In this document: piece by piece, positions 21,130 to 32,185 of the stretch
Numbering within the stretch: position 1 is the first letter of the stretch
Layout: each line of letters starts with the position of its first letter
Assembly (NCBI GenBank): GCA_963667015.2
Contig: CAXXJJ010000001.1
Coordinates: 1,760,001-1,824,000 of the forward strand
Length of the DNA: 64,000 nt
Origin: Desulfatiglandales bacterium
GTDB lineage: Bacteria; Desulfobacterota; DSM-4660; Desulfatiglandales; HGW-15
Direction of reading: 5' to 3'
The notes under the pieces: generated by a model
Databases searched by the model: none
What the model saw: the letters and a program-made list of their open reading frames with translations, nothing else
Told to the model about the DNA's origin: nothing
Program-made: the position numbers and the translations under genes

Positions 21130-21930
21130 TTAAATAAATATCTCAGGCTGTTTCGGAGTCGTAAAATTTTCAGTCAACCATTTGGATGCCTTTTTTACTC
21201 TCTCCGAATCTATATATCTTGCATCCTCCGGACATACCTTTACGCATGCGGCACACAGGATACACAGCTCGGGATCGGTTGTGTAGCTGTCATCGTCTGA
21301 TATCGCATTTGTGGGGCATACTGTTATACAGGTGCTGCACTGGGTGCAGATGTCCATGTCGGATTTGGCACTGTCAGTTGATGAAAAATTTACATCTTTA
21401 TAGGGTTTATTGCCGGGGACCTCTAAAGGTTTTTCGTCTTTCAGTTTTTTAATGGCATCCAGTTTTTTAATGATTTCTTTTCCAAAGTCTTCAGCCTTAG
21501 CGATATCATCTGCGTCAGGCCTGCCAACAGCTATAGGTGTTTCAGGGCTTGAGTATGAGTGTTCACCTATAAATGCTGCTCCTGCTACAGGAATAAAACC
21601 CTGATTTACAGCAAGATCCTTTAGCTCCAGAAGTGCATCTTCAAACTCTCTGTTGCCATAAAGGACCACTACAACAGCAGGTGTATTTTTTCCTTTAAGT
21701 TTTGAGAGCCTTTTTACCGCCTCTCCCGGCAGTCTTCCGCCGTATACCGGTGCCCCAAGAATCACAAGCTCATCACTTAATTCAGGAAGTTGTCCTGATT
21801 TTTGTTTGGCCATCGTGAGATCAATAGCCTCCTTGTTGGCTATATCCATTCCACTGACTATGGCGTTTACAATCTTTTGTGTTGTACCCGTTGGTGAAAA
21901 GTATGCTGTTACTATTTTTGAGATCTGCAT
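21130..21930 (-). CDS. Flavodoxin-like + 2x[4Fe-4S] ferredoxin protein (EFR1 family)
   Basis: YFSPTGTT, PVYGGR, YGNR, CTQCSTCITVCP, CILCAACVKVCP. Confidence 0.85.
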   Translation of the reverse strand: MQISKIVTAYFSPTGTTQKIVNAIVSGMDIANKEAIDLTMAKQKSGQLPELSDELVILGAPVYGGRLPGEAVKRLSKLKGKNTPAVVVVLYGNREFEDALLELKDLAVNQGFIPVAGAAFIGEHSYSSPETPIAVGRPDADDIAKAEDFGKEIIKKLDAIKKLKDEKPLEVPGNKPYKDVNFSSTDSAKSDMDICTQCSTCITVCPTNAISDDDSYTTDPELCILCAACVKVCPEDARYIDSERVKKASKWLTENFTTPKQPEIFI

Positions 21931-21987
21931 GTTACCTCCGATAGATATATAATTGTGATTAATTAATCGAGTCAGAATATAAATAGT

Positions 21988-23196
21988 TTATATGGGAACA
22001 GAGGCCTTGTATATTGTTGCTTTACCCCTGATTGAGTATCCTGCAACCGCTGCAGGTATAAGCATTGATGTACCTTTTTGAAGCCTCTTTTTTTCTCCTG
22101 TTGATGTATCTGAAATTTCAGCGTCACCTTCTGTACACAGTATTATCTCGACACTTCTTTGTCCATCTTTTTTATATGTATCTCCAATACCTCCAAGTTC
22201 AATAACCGAAAGAATGAATTCCTTCGCAGGTGAAGGAAAAAAAGTTTCAAAGGTCTCACATGGTTTTTTCTCTATTATTTGGGGCATAACAGGTTCAAAT
22301 GAAAGAACATCCATAAGCTCTGTTTTGTCAATATGTTTTTTAGTGAGTCCTCCTCTCAGCACATTGTCTGAATTGGCCATTATTTCAAGGCCCGATCCTG
22401 AAAGATATGCATGGAGTTCACATGCCGGGAGGTATACAGCGTCACCGGGGTCAAGTTTTAAAACATTCAGGTATAGCGGTGAAAGAACACCAATGTCTCC
22501 CGGGTATTCCTGGTTGAGTTTTATTACCCATTCATATGCCGGGTTTTTCTCTTTTCCTGTGGATATAATTTCCACTGCTTTTTCCACAAGAGTATGGCTG
22601 TCAGATTCTTCCATATCCATCAGGTTTAATAAAAAGCGTTTAATACCGGTTTTATCAGGCGGGCTCTGCAAAATACCAATTCCACATCTCTCAGAAATAT
22701 CATTCAGCGGCCCAAAAAGATTTATTATTTCTTCCGGTTTTCTGAAGCCTTTTAACGCCCACATAGTGGTCAATGCGCATATAAGCTCCGGCTTATGGTT
22801 CTTATCTCTGTAATTTCTTTCAGGGTCGTCTATCGCAATGCCTCTGCTGTTTTCTTTTTCAAAACCAAGACTGGCCTGTGTTTTATTCGGGTGGGCCTGT
22901 ATGGAAAGCGGACTGGAAGCTGAAAGCACCTTGAATAAAAACGGTAATTCTCCTGAGAATTTATCTGAAGTTTTTTTACCGAGTATGTCTGCAGGGTATT
23001 TTTCAAGCAGACGATCAAGCGGGATCGTGCTGCCATTCAGAATTACCTTTGATGGAGCCTTTTTATGGGAGCCCATCCACATTTCTGCTTGAGGTTTTTT
23101 AAAAGGCGGGGCCATGCCCATCAGGTCCGGGATAAAATTTTTTGAGCCCCATGCATAATCAAGTATCTCATTTTCCAGCATATATATTCTTTGCAT
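21988..23196 (-). CDS. manA: Mannose-6-phosphate isomerase class I
   Basis: YAWGS, AEMWMGSH, LPFLFKVL, LSIQAHP, NHKPE, HAYLSG, MANSDNVLRGGLT. Confidence 0.95.
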   Translation of the reverse strand: MQRIYMLENEILDYAWGSKNFIPDLMGMAPPFKKPQAEMWMGSHKKAPSKVILNGSTIPLDRLLEKYPADILGKKTSDKFSGELPFLFKVLSASSPLSIQAHPNKTQASLGFEKENSRGIAIDDPERNYRDKNHKPELICALTTMWALKGFRKPEEIINLFGPLNDISERCGIGILQSPPDKTGIKRFLLNLMDMEESDSHTLVEKAVEIISTGKEKNPAYEWVIKLNQEYPGDIGVLSPLYLNVLKLDPGDAVYLPACELHAYLSGSGLEIMANSDNVLRGGLTKKHIDKTELMDVLSFEPVMPQIIEKKPCETFETFFPSPAKEFILSVIELGGIGDTYKKDGQRSVEIILCTEGDAEISDTSTGEKKRLQKGTSMLIPAAVAGYSIRGKATIYKASVPI

Positions 23197-23329
23197 CTAT
23201 AACTCCACTTGACTGATCTAATAAAAATAAATATTTTATACTGAATAATTTTATAAATAAGAATATACATAAATATAGAGATCTTACAATTGTTCTTTAT
23301 GCCAATGCAATTATTAAGAGGAGTTTATC

Positions 23330-24016
23330 ATGTTTATGCTGGCAAATGAGGAGATCTATTCCAACGGACAGATTATTTTTAATGAAAACAGCCCCGGGGA
23401 TTGGGTATATATAATTATATCCGGAAGGGTAGAAATTTATCGGTCTATTGGAGGAAAGAAATACATTCTCGGTCAACTAAAGGCAGGTGATGTTTTTGGT
23501 GAGATGGCCTTTCTGGGAAGCACCAAACGGACTGCATCGGCTGCAGCTATAGGTGAAACGGTTATTGCAGCTATTGACAGGGATACACTTGACAGTGAAT
23601 TCAACAAACTCTCGTCTGATTTCAGATTAATTCTAAGGACTCTTGTGTCAAGGTTTACGACCATGAACGGCAGGGTATCGGACATGACATCCAGGGAAGA
23701 TCAACGTATTAAAAAAACCCTTTCCCTTTCATATAAGGATCAGGAAAGCTTTGTAAGCGCCTATACCTCCAATATTGGCAAGGGGGGGCTGTTCATAAAA
23801 ACCACCAATCCCCTTCAGGAGGGAGAATCGTTTATTCTGAAACTGAAACTGCCTGGTCTCGTAGATGCTTTAAAAATAAACTGTGAAGTAGTATGGGTAA
23901 ATAAGGATGCCTCGAGGACCGATATGCCGCTTGGAATGGGGCTCAGGTTTGTTGATATGGATAAGAATGAACGCTTTTTGCTGGATAGATATATTGGGGC
24001 AATTATAGGTAAATAG
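23330..24016 (+). CDS. Cyclic-nucleotide-binding domain + PilZ domain protein
   Basis: GDVFGEMAFL...RTASA (cNMP); REDQR...NIGKGGLFI...EVVWV...GMGLRF (PilZ). Confidence 0.85.
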   Translation: MFMLANEEIYSNGQIIFNENSPGDWVYIIISGRVEIYRSIGGKKYILGQLKAGDVFGEMAFLGSTKRTASAAAIGETVIAAIDRDTLDSEFNKLSSDFRLILRTLVSRFTTMNGRVSDMTSREDQRIKKTLSLSYKDQESFVSAYTSNIGKGGLFIKTTNPLQEGESFILKLKLPGLVDALKINCEVVWVNKDASRTDMPLGMGLRFVDMDKNERFLLDRYIGAIIGK

Positions 24017-24295
24017 TTATTTAATTAAGTTAATATACTGTTATATGGGTTAATAGTGTTGTATTTCTGTATATTTTATTAATAGCTGCCATATCTTCTA
24101 TATCTTTTTGAAATACCGCTCAGGAATCTCTTTCAAAAAACATCATGCTTACATATACTTAATTATTTAATGAAATGGTTGTTCCTGCCGATTATTTAGA
24201 TATATTATCTGGATATTTTTACCTTTTTCGTAAAATCCCAGTATAGTTGTGATAAAATAAATAAAATTACCAGGCTGAAAGGAAAAGGAAAAATC

Positions 24296-24661
24296 GTGCA
24301 AGGAATGACAACTGATGACAAACTGCTTGCTCAGGATGATATTGACGCCCTTCTTGGTGAGGCAGGCCTTGATGGCGGCTATGATACAAAGAAAGAAGTT
24401 GAGGCAGCGCCAAAGCGGAAGATCAGCAACTCAATAATCAGAAACACCAATGTAACCGATGATGAGGTGCATGAGACCATGTCTGTGCTTCTTGCAAAGG
24501 CATTGCTTGAGAGAGATGATGATGTAAAGGTTATCTGGAATGCTGGCGGTACTATTCCTATGGCTGCGGGTTTTAGTATGAATATACAGAACATGGAGTT
24601 TGAAAGCCTGGGGGTCTTAAAGGAAAATCATCTTGTGGTAAAACAAAAATGTATTGAGTAG
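24296..24661 (+). CDS. Hypothetical protein with N-terminal FliM-like LxQxxIDALL motif
   Basis: LLAQDDIDALLG near N-terminus; purine-rich RBS upstream. Confidence 0.6.
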   Translation: MQGMTTDDKLLAQDDIDALLGEAGLDGGYDTKKEVEAAPKRKISNSIIRNTNVTDDEVHETMSVLLAKALLERDDDVKVIWNAGGTIPMAAGFSMNIQNMEFESLGVLKENHLVVKQKCIE

Positions 24662-24917
24662 CAGTATGTCTGATATTGGTCTTTGACTTCCAAACTGTTC
24701 TAAATAAATTATCTCATTGCTAACTCCAGACCTGCTGACCAAAAAATAAATAAAATTAGGTTGTTATTTGAAAATTAAAAGGAACCAGATATTTACGGGA
24801 TTTTGATGCTGCATGATTTTGTTCTCATTATGGTTATGGGCCCCTGTCAAATTTCATGCATGATGGGTGCATATAGAAAAGATAGGTGGACAATCAGTCA
24901 GGAATAAAGAATTGGAT

Positions 24918-27350
24918 ATGAAGATATTAATAGCAGAGGATGATCCGGTTTCTCGCAGGCTTTTAAAAAAAGCCATTCAAACAGCTGAACATGACGTAAT
25001 TGAAGCCGAAAACGGACAGGACGCCTGGTCTTTATTCAGTCAAAACAAAGTAAACCTCCTGATCACTGACTGGCTTATGCCGGGAATGGATGGCCTGGAA
25101 TTAATCAGGAAGGTTAGAGGCCTGGATCTGGATTATTATGTCTATATTATAATGATAACCGGGAACGATAAAGAGGGGGGGGCACTGAAAGGATTTGAGG
25201 CCGGTGCGGATGATTACATCTCAAAACCTTATATACCAGAAGAGATTCTTGCAAGAATAAGAACTGGCTACAGGGTTATCGAACTTGAAGATAGATATAA
25301 AAAAATAAATCATACAATCGAACGGGTTGAGATCCTTGAGAGAGAAAAATTCATTGCTGAGGCGCAGAACGCTGCCAAAAGCGAGTTTCTAGCTAATATG
25401 AGTCATGAAATAAGGACTCCTTTAAACGGTATAATAGGTGTCACAGAACTTGCGTTGGATACAGGTCAGGACGGCAGGCAAAAGGAATTGTTGAAAACTG
25501 TGCTTGTCGAAGCTGAGTCCCTTTTAAGGCTTGTAAATGATATTCTGGATTTTTCAAAAATAGAATCCGGTAAACTGGAGCTCGAAAAATCAGGCTTTAA
25601 TATAAAGCTTATGATTGATGGTCTATATAAGGTTTTTTCTGCAACTGCAGGTAAAAAAGGTCTGATATTTAACTGTTCCATGGCAGATGATGTGCCGTCA
25701 AATCTGATTGGGGACCCGGGCCGGCTCAGGCAGGTTATAAACAATCTTCTTGGAAATGCATTGAAGTTTACGGAGCATGGGAGCATATCTCTGGATATTG
25801 ATGTGGCCGAAACTCATAGTGAATTGCTTAAGCTTCGCTTTGTAATTTCAGACACAGGTATAGGAATACCCGAAGACAGGCAGGATAAGATACTTGAAAG
25901 ATTTACTCAGGCAGACAGTTCCACAACCAGAATTTACGGCGGTTCAGGCCTGGGAACAACAATTTCAAAGCAGCTCACTGAATTGATGGGAGGCGAATTA
26001 GGGTTTACAAGCATAGAAGGCAAGGGCAGTAAATTCTGGTTCACTGCAGACTTTCTACCAGGCAGGAAGCAGGCAGACAATTTACACAATACATACAACA
26101 CTGTTGAACTCTCCGGAATGAAAATTCTTATTGCAGATAGTAACAGCAATGAAAGGGCATACCTGGCAGACAGATTAAAGTCATTGGGTTGTATTGTAAC
26201 AGAGGCGGACAATGCGGATACTCTCTATGAATCCATTGAAACATCTGAAAAATCAGGCAATCTTTGTAACCTTGTTTTGATTGATTTCAAGATTGATGGA
26301 ACCGATGGTTTTAATGTCTGTGAATGGATTAGAAAAAATGAGGGATATAGGAATACCTCAATAATTCTGCTTACCTCGGTAGGAAAGCCTGGAGATTGTC
26401 AAAACTGTAAAGAAATAGGGATAAATGGTTACCTTACCCGTCCCTTTAATGAAGATGAATTCACGGGTTTAGTAAAGCTGGTATTAGCGAGGAGCAGTCA
26501 AACAGGCGGAAAACCGGTTACGCGGTATGATGTGGCCGAAGAATACAAAAAGACATATAATATCCTTCTGGCAGAGGATTATCCGACAAATCAAAAGGTG
26601 GCTATGCAGCACCTTATCAGGGCCGGGTACTCTGTTGACCTTGCCGAAGATGGCAAAAAGGCCGTTGAAATGTATAAACTCAAACATTATGACCTGATCC
26701 TGATGGATATACAGATGCCGGAAATGGGTGGTTTTGAGGCTAATGCACAAATCAGGAGGATCGAAAATTCCAGCATAAAAAGAGATCAGGATCAGTCAGG
26801 CGTTGTTATAATTGCAATGACTGCAAACGCTATGGAAGGATATCGCGAAGAATGTATTAATGCAGGTTTTGATGACTATATTTCAAAACCCATAAGAAAG
26901 AATGAACTGCTTTCCATGATTTCTGCCTGGACTCTGAGAATTTCAGGTAATCAGGAAAAAAAGATAAATGATGAAACAAATATATTTCCTGAGAGTTCCG
27001 AAAATAAAAAAATGTCAGAGGAGCCGGTAAATCTTGGAAAGATGTTTGAAGAGTTCCAGGGAGATAAAGATTTTGTTCTTGAAGTTATTGAAGATTTTAT
27101 CAGCGATGTTGCTGGCCAGATAATTTCAATCGAAAAAGCACTGGAAGAGTGCGATTCTGAAAAAATAAGAAAGGAAGCCCATGCAGTAAAAGGAGGAGCA
27201 TTGAATATTTGTGCTGATGCCCTTGCAAATGTTGCCTATGAACTTGAAACTGCCGGCAGATCAGGAGATCTGGATAACGGATATACACGGTTCAATACCC
27301 TTAAAGATGAACTGAGCAGACTCGATAAATTTGTCAGGGATAACAGATAA
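24918..27350 (+). CDS. Hybrid histidine kinase REC-HisKA-HATPase-REC-REC-Hpt
   Basis: [55 protein letters not shown]. Confidence 0.92.
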   Translation: MKILIAEDDPVSRRLLKKAIQTAEHDVIEAENGQDAWSLFSQNKVNLLITDWLMPGMDGLELIRKVRGLDLDYYVYIIMITGNDKEGGALKGFEAGADDYISKPYIPEEILARIRTGYRVIELEDRYKKINHTIERVEILEREKFIAEAQNAAKSEFLANMSHEIRTPLNGIIGVTELALDTGQDGRQKELLKTVLVEAESLLRLVNDILDFSKIESGKLELEKSGFNIKLMIDGLYKVFSATAGKKGLIFNCSMADDVPSNLIGDPGRLRQVINNLLGNALKFTEHGSISLDIDVAETHSELLKLRFVISDTGIGIPEDRQDKILERFTQADSSTTRIYGGSGLGTTISKQLTELMGGELGFTSIEGKGSKFWFTADFLPGRKQADNLHNTYNTVELSGMKILIADSNSNERAYLADRLKSLGCIVTEADNADTLYESIETSEKSGNLCNLVLIDFKIDGTDGFNVCEWIRKNEGYRNTSIILLTSVGKPGDCQNCKEIGINGYLTRPFNEDEFTGLVKLVLARSSQTGGKPVTRYDVAEEYKKTYNILLAEDYPTNQKVAMQHLIRAGYSVDLAEDGKKAVEMYKLKHYDLILMDIQMPEMGGFEANAQIRRIENSSIKRDQDQSGVVIIAMTANAMEGYREECINAGFDDYISKPIRKNELLSMISAWTLRISGNQEKKINDETNIFPESSENKKMSEEPVNLGKMFEEFQGDKDFVLEVIEDFISDVAGQIISIEKALEECDSEKIRKEAHAVKGGALNICADALANVAYELETAGRSGDLDNGYTRFNTLKDELSRLDKFVRDNR

Positions 27351-27455
27351 ACTTTTAGGTAAATTACTTTAAATGATTTAAATGTTGGTAATGTATTTGT
27401 AATTTGTTTAAAATATAAAATTACGTTTAATCATAGAAAAATAAAGGACTGAAAC

Positions 27456-28607
27456 ATGATAGACCTTCAGGAAATGAACGTATTACTTGTAGATGATATG
27501 CCCTCCATGACCAAATTTGTCTATAAAATGATGAGAAATCTGGGTTTTGGGAAGGAGTTCTTCATGGCCCATAGCGGGAAAGAAGCCCTTAAAGTATTGA
27601 AGACCGAAAAGATAGATATTGTTTTTCTTGATTACAATATGCCGGGAATGACTGGCAACGATGTATTAAGCCACATAAGAGAAGACAGAAACCTTAGAGA
27701 GCTTCCGGTTGTAATGGTTACGGCTGAGGCATACAGTGATTTTGTGGCTGAAATAGGCGAATCGGAGGTGGATGCCTATGTATTAAAGCCTATAACCGTG
27801 CAGGTTCTTGAAGAAAAGATCAGGCAGGCAGTTGAGAGAATAAATAATCCTTCTCCCATGGATTATCATTTGAAGAAGGCAAGAGATTTTGAGGATACCG
27901 GGGATTATGAATCGGCCATTACCGAAGCCAGGCTTGCGATGGAAGCAAATCCCAATGTCACTAAACCGATGAGAGAACTCGGTTATATTTATTATAAGAA
28001 AAATGATCTTGATGAAGCAAAAAAATGGTTTGAAAAGGCCGCAGAGTTAAACAATCTGGATGTTTTGTCTTTTCACTATCTTGGCCAGATATATATCCAG
28101 CAGGATGATATCGAAAAGGCGGTTCATTATCTGGACAGGGCAATGAAGATCAGTCCGAGACATCTTGACAGAGGGATAGATTTTGCCAAGACCCTTGTCA
28201 GACTGGGGAAGAAGAAAAAGGCTATTGAGGTGTTTAACAGGGCTCTGGAATTGTCTGCCAGTACTTCAGAGCTAAAGGAAGAAATAACTGATTATTGCAT
28301 TGAAAACGATCTGACTGAATATTCGGTAAAATTACTTGAAGCACTGGTTTATGAACAGCCTAAAAGGGCCGATCTTCTATTAAAACTGGGTATTCAACTG
28401 GAGAAGATCAATGAGATAAGCCGGGCGGTTACTCATCTGACAAGGGCGAGCCAGCTGGATAATAAAAATACGGACATACGGATTCATCTTGCCAGGGATT
28501 ATCTCGCACTAAAAAAACCAATGCTTGCTGAAAGGCCTTTAAAGGAAATAATTAAAATTCAGCCTGATAATGAGACCGCAAAGGAGCTGCTCAGGCAGTG
28601 TCTATAG
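27456..28607 (+). CDS. Response regulator receiver + TPR protein
   Basis: VLLVDDM, FLDYNMPG, YVLKP then TPR repeats. Confidence 0.88.
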   Translation: MIDLQEMNVLLVDDMPSMTKFVYKMMRNLGFGKEFFMAHSGKEALKVLKTEKIDIVFLDYNMPGMTGNDVLSHIREDRNLRELPVVMVTAEAYSDFVAEIGESEVDAYVLKPITVQVLEEKIRQAVERINNPSPMDYHLKKARDFEDTGDYESAITEARLAMEANPNVTKPMRELGYIYYKKNDLDEAKKWFEKAAELNNLDVLSFHYLGQIYIQQDDIEKAVHYLDRAMKISPRHLDRGIDFAKTLVRLGKKKKAIEVFNRALELSASTSELKEEITDYCIENDLTEYSVKLLEALVYEQPKRADLLLKLGIQLEKINEISRAVTHLTRASQLDNKNTDIRIHLARDYLALKKPMLAERPLKEIIKIQPDNETAKELLRQCL

Positions 28608-28628
28608 AAATGCCCGTCAGGCTCTCTG

Positions 28629-29315
28629 CTACTCCTGTAAATGTTTCAGGCATTTCCATAAATTATTTACCTCTTTATCAGTGTCCTCAATGGAGCCTTC
28701 ATTTTTAATAACAAAGTCGGCATACTTAATTTTTTCATCAATCGGCATTTGAGATTCAAGTATTTTATCTGCCATTTGCCTGCTGATTCCATCCCTGTCC
28801 ATGAGTCTCCTGATCTGTATTTCAGGTGATGAGTAGATAACTATATTCTTATTAAAAAGATCATGCATGTTGCCTTCTATCAGGAGCGGTACCACTGCAA
28901 GAATAATAGCCTTCCTGTCCCTCTGAACAGAGGTTTTGACCTGCGCAATAAATTCATCCCAGATAAATGGATGAGTGAATGTTTCGAGTTTTTCTCTTTT
29001 TAAAGGATCATTAAATACGACACCTGATAATTTTTTTCTGTTTATGGTGTTATCAGGATTCAGGATATCAATTCCAAAAAAATCAGTGATAAGCTGCCAG
29101 GAGGGCTTCTCTGGCTCAACAACACTCCTTGCCAGTATATCAAAATCGATTATTGAAGCTCCATGATTTCTGAGCATCTCCGCAACAGTACTCTTGCCTG
29201 TGGCAATACCTCCGGTTAAGCCGATAAACAGCGCATCTGAGCCTGCGCGGATATCTGCAAGGGTATTGGAAATCAGTTTTTTATCCTTTGCGGACCTTTT
29301 CATAACTTCTCTCAA
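28629..29315 (-). CDS. coaE: Dephospho-CoA kinase
   Basis: IGLTGGIATGKSTV, INRKKL, HPFI, VPLLIE, SQMP. Confidence 0.93.
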   Translation of the reverse strand: MREVMKRSAKDKKLISNTLADIRAGSDALFIGLTGGIATGKSTVAEMLRNHGASIIDFDILARSVVEPEKPSWQLITDFFGIDILNPDNTINRKKLSGVVFNDPLKREKLETFTHPFIWDEFIAQVKTSVQRDRKAIILAVVPLLIEGNMHDLFNKNIVIYSSPEIQIRRLMDRDGISRQMADKILESQMPIDEKIKYADFVIKNEGSIEDTDKEVNNLWKCLKHLQE

Positions 29316-29375
29316 AATATTATTGTCTGTAGATATTATGTATATGAAAGAAAAAAATCAAAAAATATTTTAGTA

Positions 29376-29391
29376 TGGCAGTAAATTTGCA
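29376..29391 (+). promoter_or_regulatory. Putative sigma54 -24/-12 promoter
   Basis: TGGCAG-TAAAT-TTGCA with canonical spacing, 43 nt before the kinase ATG. Confidence 0.6.
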
Positions 29392-29434
29392 ATAATTATA
29401 TTTTTTTTAGGTCAAATTATTTATTGGAGACTGG

Positions 29435-31753
29435 ATGAACATATCAAATGATTCGGAAAAACTGAAGATTGACAGGGTTAAAAAGGCTTTGCATCAGAAT
29501 CCTGTTGCAATTGGTGTTACGGTATTGAATTCATTCATTCTTGTAATTTTCCTGGTAGGTTTGACACCTGCGTCACATCTGGTGATATGGCTGTCCGCGG
29601 TTCTCCTGATTAATCTAATACGAGTCCTGATTCAGCACAATTTCTATAAAAAGGAGATAAAATCTGATAATGTCAACCTGTACCTGAACATCTTTCTGGC
29701 AACATTATTCGTTTCGGGATGTGTGTGGGGATCTGCCGGGATATTTCTCCTGCCTGATTCCTCAATAGCACACCAGGTATTTATAGCATTTATGCTTGGT
29801 GGTATGATAGCCGGATCGGTTGGTGTTTTCACATCTGTTATAGGAACCTTTTTTTGCTTTAGTATCCCGGTAGCTCTTCCTATAACTATCACATTTTTCC
29901 GGTATGAAGATAATATCCATTTTGCCATGGGGCTGATGCTTTCTATTTTCTGGCTTGTAATGCTGATGACAGCAAAAAAGCTGAATAATGAAGTGATCGA
30001 ATTTTTTTGCCTCAAATATGAAAATGCAGACCTTATTTCCAGTCTGGAGGCTGAGGTTGGTGAAAGAAAACTGGCTGAAGAAAGGCTCATCCGGAGAAAT
30101 AATGAGATAGAAAGTATAGTGGAAGAACGGACGGCTGAACTCAGTAGTGTAAACGAACAGCTCCTGAAAGAAATTGATGAGAGAAAGGAAGTTACCGATG
30201 CCCTGAAAAGAAGTGAGGCAAAGTACAGGGAACTGGCTAATTCACTTCCTCAGATTGTATTTGAAGCTGATGAAAATGGTAATGTAATTTTTGCAAACAG
30301 AAACGCTTTTAAGGCGTTCGGCTATGATGTTTCTGATTTTGAAAATGGATTTAATCTGCTGGAGATGATAGCGCCCGATGAAAGAGAAAGGGCCTCAGTG
30401 AGTTTAAAAAAAATCCTGGATGGTGAAAAATCCATTGGCAGTGAATATACAGCTGTTAGAAAAGACGGTTCAACCTTCCCTATTTTATCCCATACCGATG
30501 CTACAAAGAAGGATAATAAAATAGTTGGTCTTCTGGGTGTGGTTATTGACCTCACTCAGAAAAAGCTCAAGGAAGAAAAGCAGCGGGAGCTGGAGGCTCA
30601 GCTTCAACGCGCCCAGAAAATGGAAGCGCTCGGAACACTTGCAGGAGGTGTGGCACACGATCTCAATAATATACTTGCAGGAGTTGTAGGTTATCCTGAT
30701 CTTCTGCTGATGCAGCTTCCCGAGGACAGCCCGTTCCGGAAGCCTATCCAGGTAATGCAGGAATCAGGGAAAAAAGCAGCCGCAATTGTTGAGGACCTTT
30801 TGACCCTGACAAGAAGGAATGTCATTGTTGATAAGATTGTAAACCTCAATGATATTATAAAAGAATACCTGAACAGTCCGGAATACGAAAAACTCATGTC
30901 ATATCACAGCTCAGTCAGGCTAACTGTTGACCTTGATATTGATCTGCTGAATATTTCAGGATCACCCATCCATTTGACAAAAACTGTTATGAATCTGATT
31001 TCAAATGCGGCAGAGGCATTGCCCGATGGAGGAAAGATAACCATAACAACAGAGAATAGATATCTTGACGAGCCTTTAAGGGGCTATGATGAGGTTTCCG
31101 AAGGCGACTATGCTGTAGTTAGAATATCGGATACCGGTACAGGGATATCATCAGTTGATATGGAAAGGATATTTGAGCCTTTTTTTACAAAGAAAACAAT
31201 GGGAAAGAGCGGTACAGGGCTTGGCATGACAGTGGTATGGGGAGCTGTAAAAGATCATAACGGGTACATAGATGTTCAGAGTGCCGAAAATGTCGGTACT
31301 ACCTTTACCATCTTTTTTCCTGTAACCAGGGCGGATATCCCGGATAATGTAAGTGATGATGATTTGACTGTTTACCGTGGTAAAGGGGAGACTGTTCTGG
31401 TTGTTGATGATGTAGAGGCACAGATCAATATCGCCAGCGCCATGCTGGAGCAACTTGGATACAAAGCTTCAGCGGTTTCAAGCGGTGAAGAGGCAATCAG
31501 CTATTTAAAACATCATAAACCTGACCTTGTTATACTTGATATGATTATGCCGCCCGGCATGGATGGCATGGTTACTTATAAAAAGATACTTGAAATAAAT
31601 CCCGGTCAAAAGGCTGTCATAGCAAGCGGATTTTCTGAGACCAGGCGGGTAAAAGAGACACTGGCAATGGGGGCAGGCTCTTATATAAAAAAACCTTACA
31701 CCCTTGTTACTCTGGCGATGGCGGTCAGGAAAGAACTTGATAAATCTAATTAA
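29435..31753 (+). CDS. Membrane hybrid histidine kinase (TM-PAS-HisKA-HATPase-REC)
   Basis: N-terminal TMs, PAS, LAGGVAHDLNN, FEPFFTKK, GTGLG, receiver VLVVDD. Confidence 0.92.
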   Translation: MNISNDSEKLKIDRVKKALHQNPVAIGVTVLNSFILVIFLVGLTPASHLVIWLSAVLLINLIRVLIQHNFYKKEIKSDNVNLYLNIFLATLFVSGCVWGSAGIFLLPDSSIAHQVFIAFMLGGMIAGSVGVFTSVIGTFFCFSIPVALPITITFFRYEDNIHFAMGLMLSIFWLVMLMTAKKLNNEVIEFFCLKYENADLISSLEAEVGERKLAEERLIRRNNEIESIVEERTAELSSVNEQLLKEIDERKEVTDALKRSEAKYRELANSLPQIVFEADENGNVIFANRNAFKAFGYDVSDFENGFNLLEMIAPDERERASVSLKKILDGEKSIGSEYTAVRKDGSTFPILSHTDATKKDNKIVGLLGVVIDLTQKKLKEEKQRELEAQLQRAQKMEALGTLAGGVAHDLNNILAGVVGYPDLLLMQLPEDSPFRKPIQVMQESGKKAAAIVEDLLTLTRRNVIVDKIVNLNDIIKEYLNSPEYEKLMSYHSSVRLTVDLDIDLLNISGSPIHLTKTVMNLISNAAEALPDGGKITITTENRYLDEPLRGYDEVSEGDYAVVRISDTGTGISSVDMERIFEPFFTKKTMGKSGTGLGMTVVWGAVKDHNGYIDVQSAENVGTTFTIFFPVTRADIPDNVSDDDLTVYRGKGETVLVVDDVEAQINIASAMLEQLGYKASAVSSGEEAISYLKHHKPDLVILDMIMPPGMDGMVTYKKILEINPGQKAVIASGFSETRRVKETLAMGAGSYIKKPYTLVTLAMAVRKELDKSN

Positions 31754-31761
31754 CCGGATCT

Positions 31762-32166
31762 TTACCTGTTTTGAAGGTGATATTTAAACTTCATATCTTC
31801 CTTGAGAATATGCATGACCAGCCAGTCGGTTAAGAATTTTTCAACCTCAATAAGCGGATCATACTCACCTTTGCTAAACCGTTCATTAAGATAAAAAATA
31901 TCCTTAACGAGAACTTCATGAGTTTCACTGTGTTTTTTCAGATCTTCTTCGGGAAAGTTTTTCTTTTGAAGAATTTTTTCTTCTTCATCAAAGTGAAGTT
32001 CCGCATATTTTATCAGGTCGTTCAGTATATTAGGAATGAGTATTCCTTTTTCCCTTTTCTGCATCTCATTATGAAATTTATTCACGATTTTAACAAGTTT
32101 CTGATGTTGTTCGTCAATAATTGGATGACCGATTTTAAACAGGCCGCACCATACAATAAAATCCAT
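31762..32166 (-). CDS. Bacteriohemerythrin
   Basis: IDEQHQKL, HFDEEE, HSETH, WLVMHILKED. Confidence 0.9.
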   Translation of the reverse strand: MDFIVWCGLFKIGHPIIDEQHQKLVKIVNKFHNEMQKREKGILIPNILNDLIKYAELHFDEEEKILQKKNFPEEDLKKHSETHEVLVKDIFYLNERFSKGEYDPLIEVEKFLTDWLVMHILKEDMKFKYHLQNR

Positions 32167-32185
32167 TATATTTTCCCTCCCTTTA

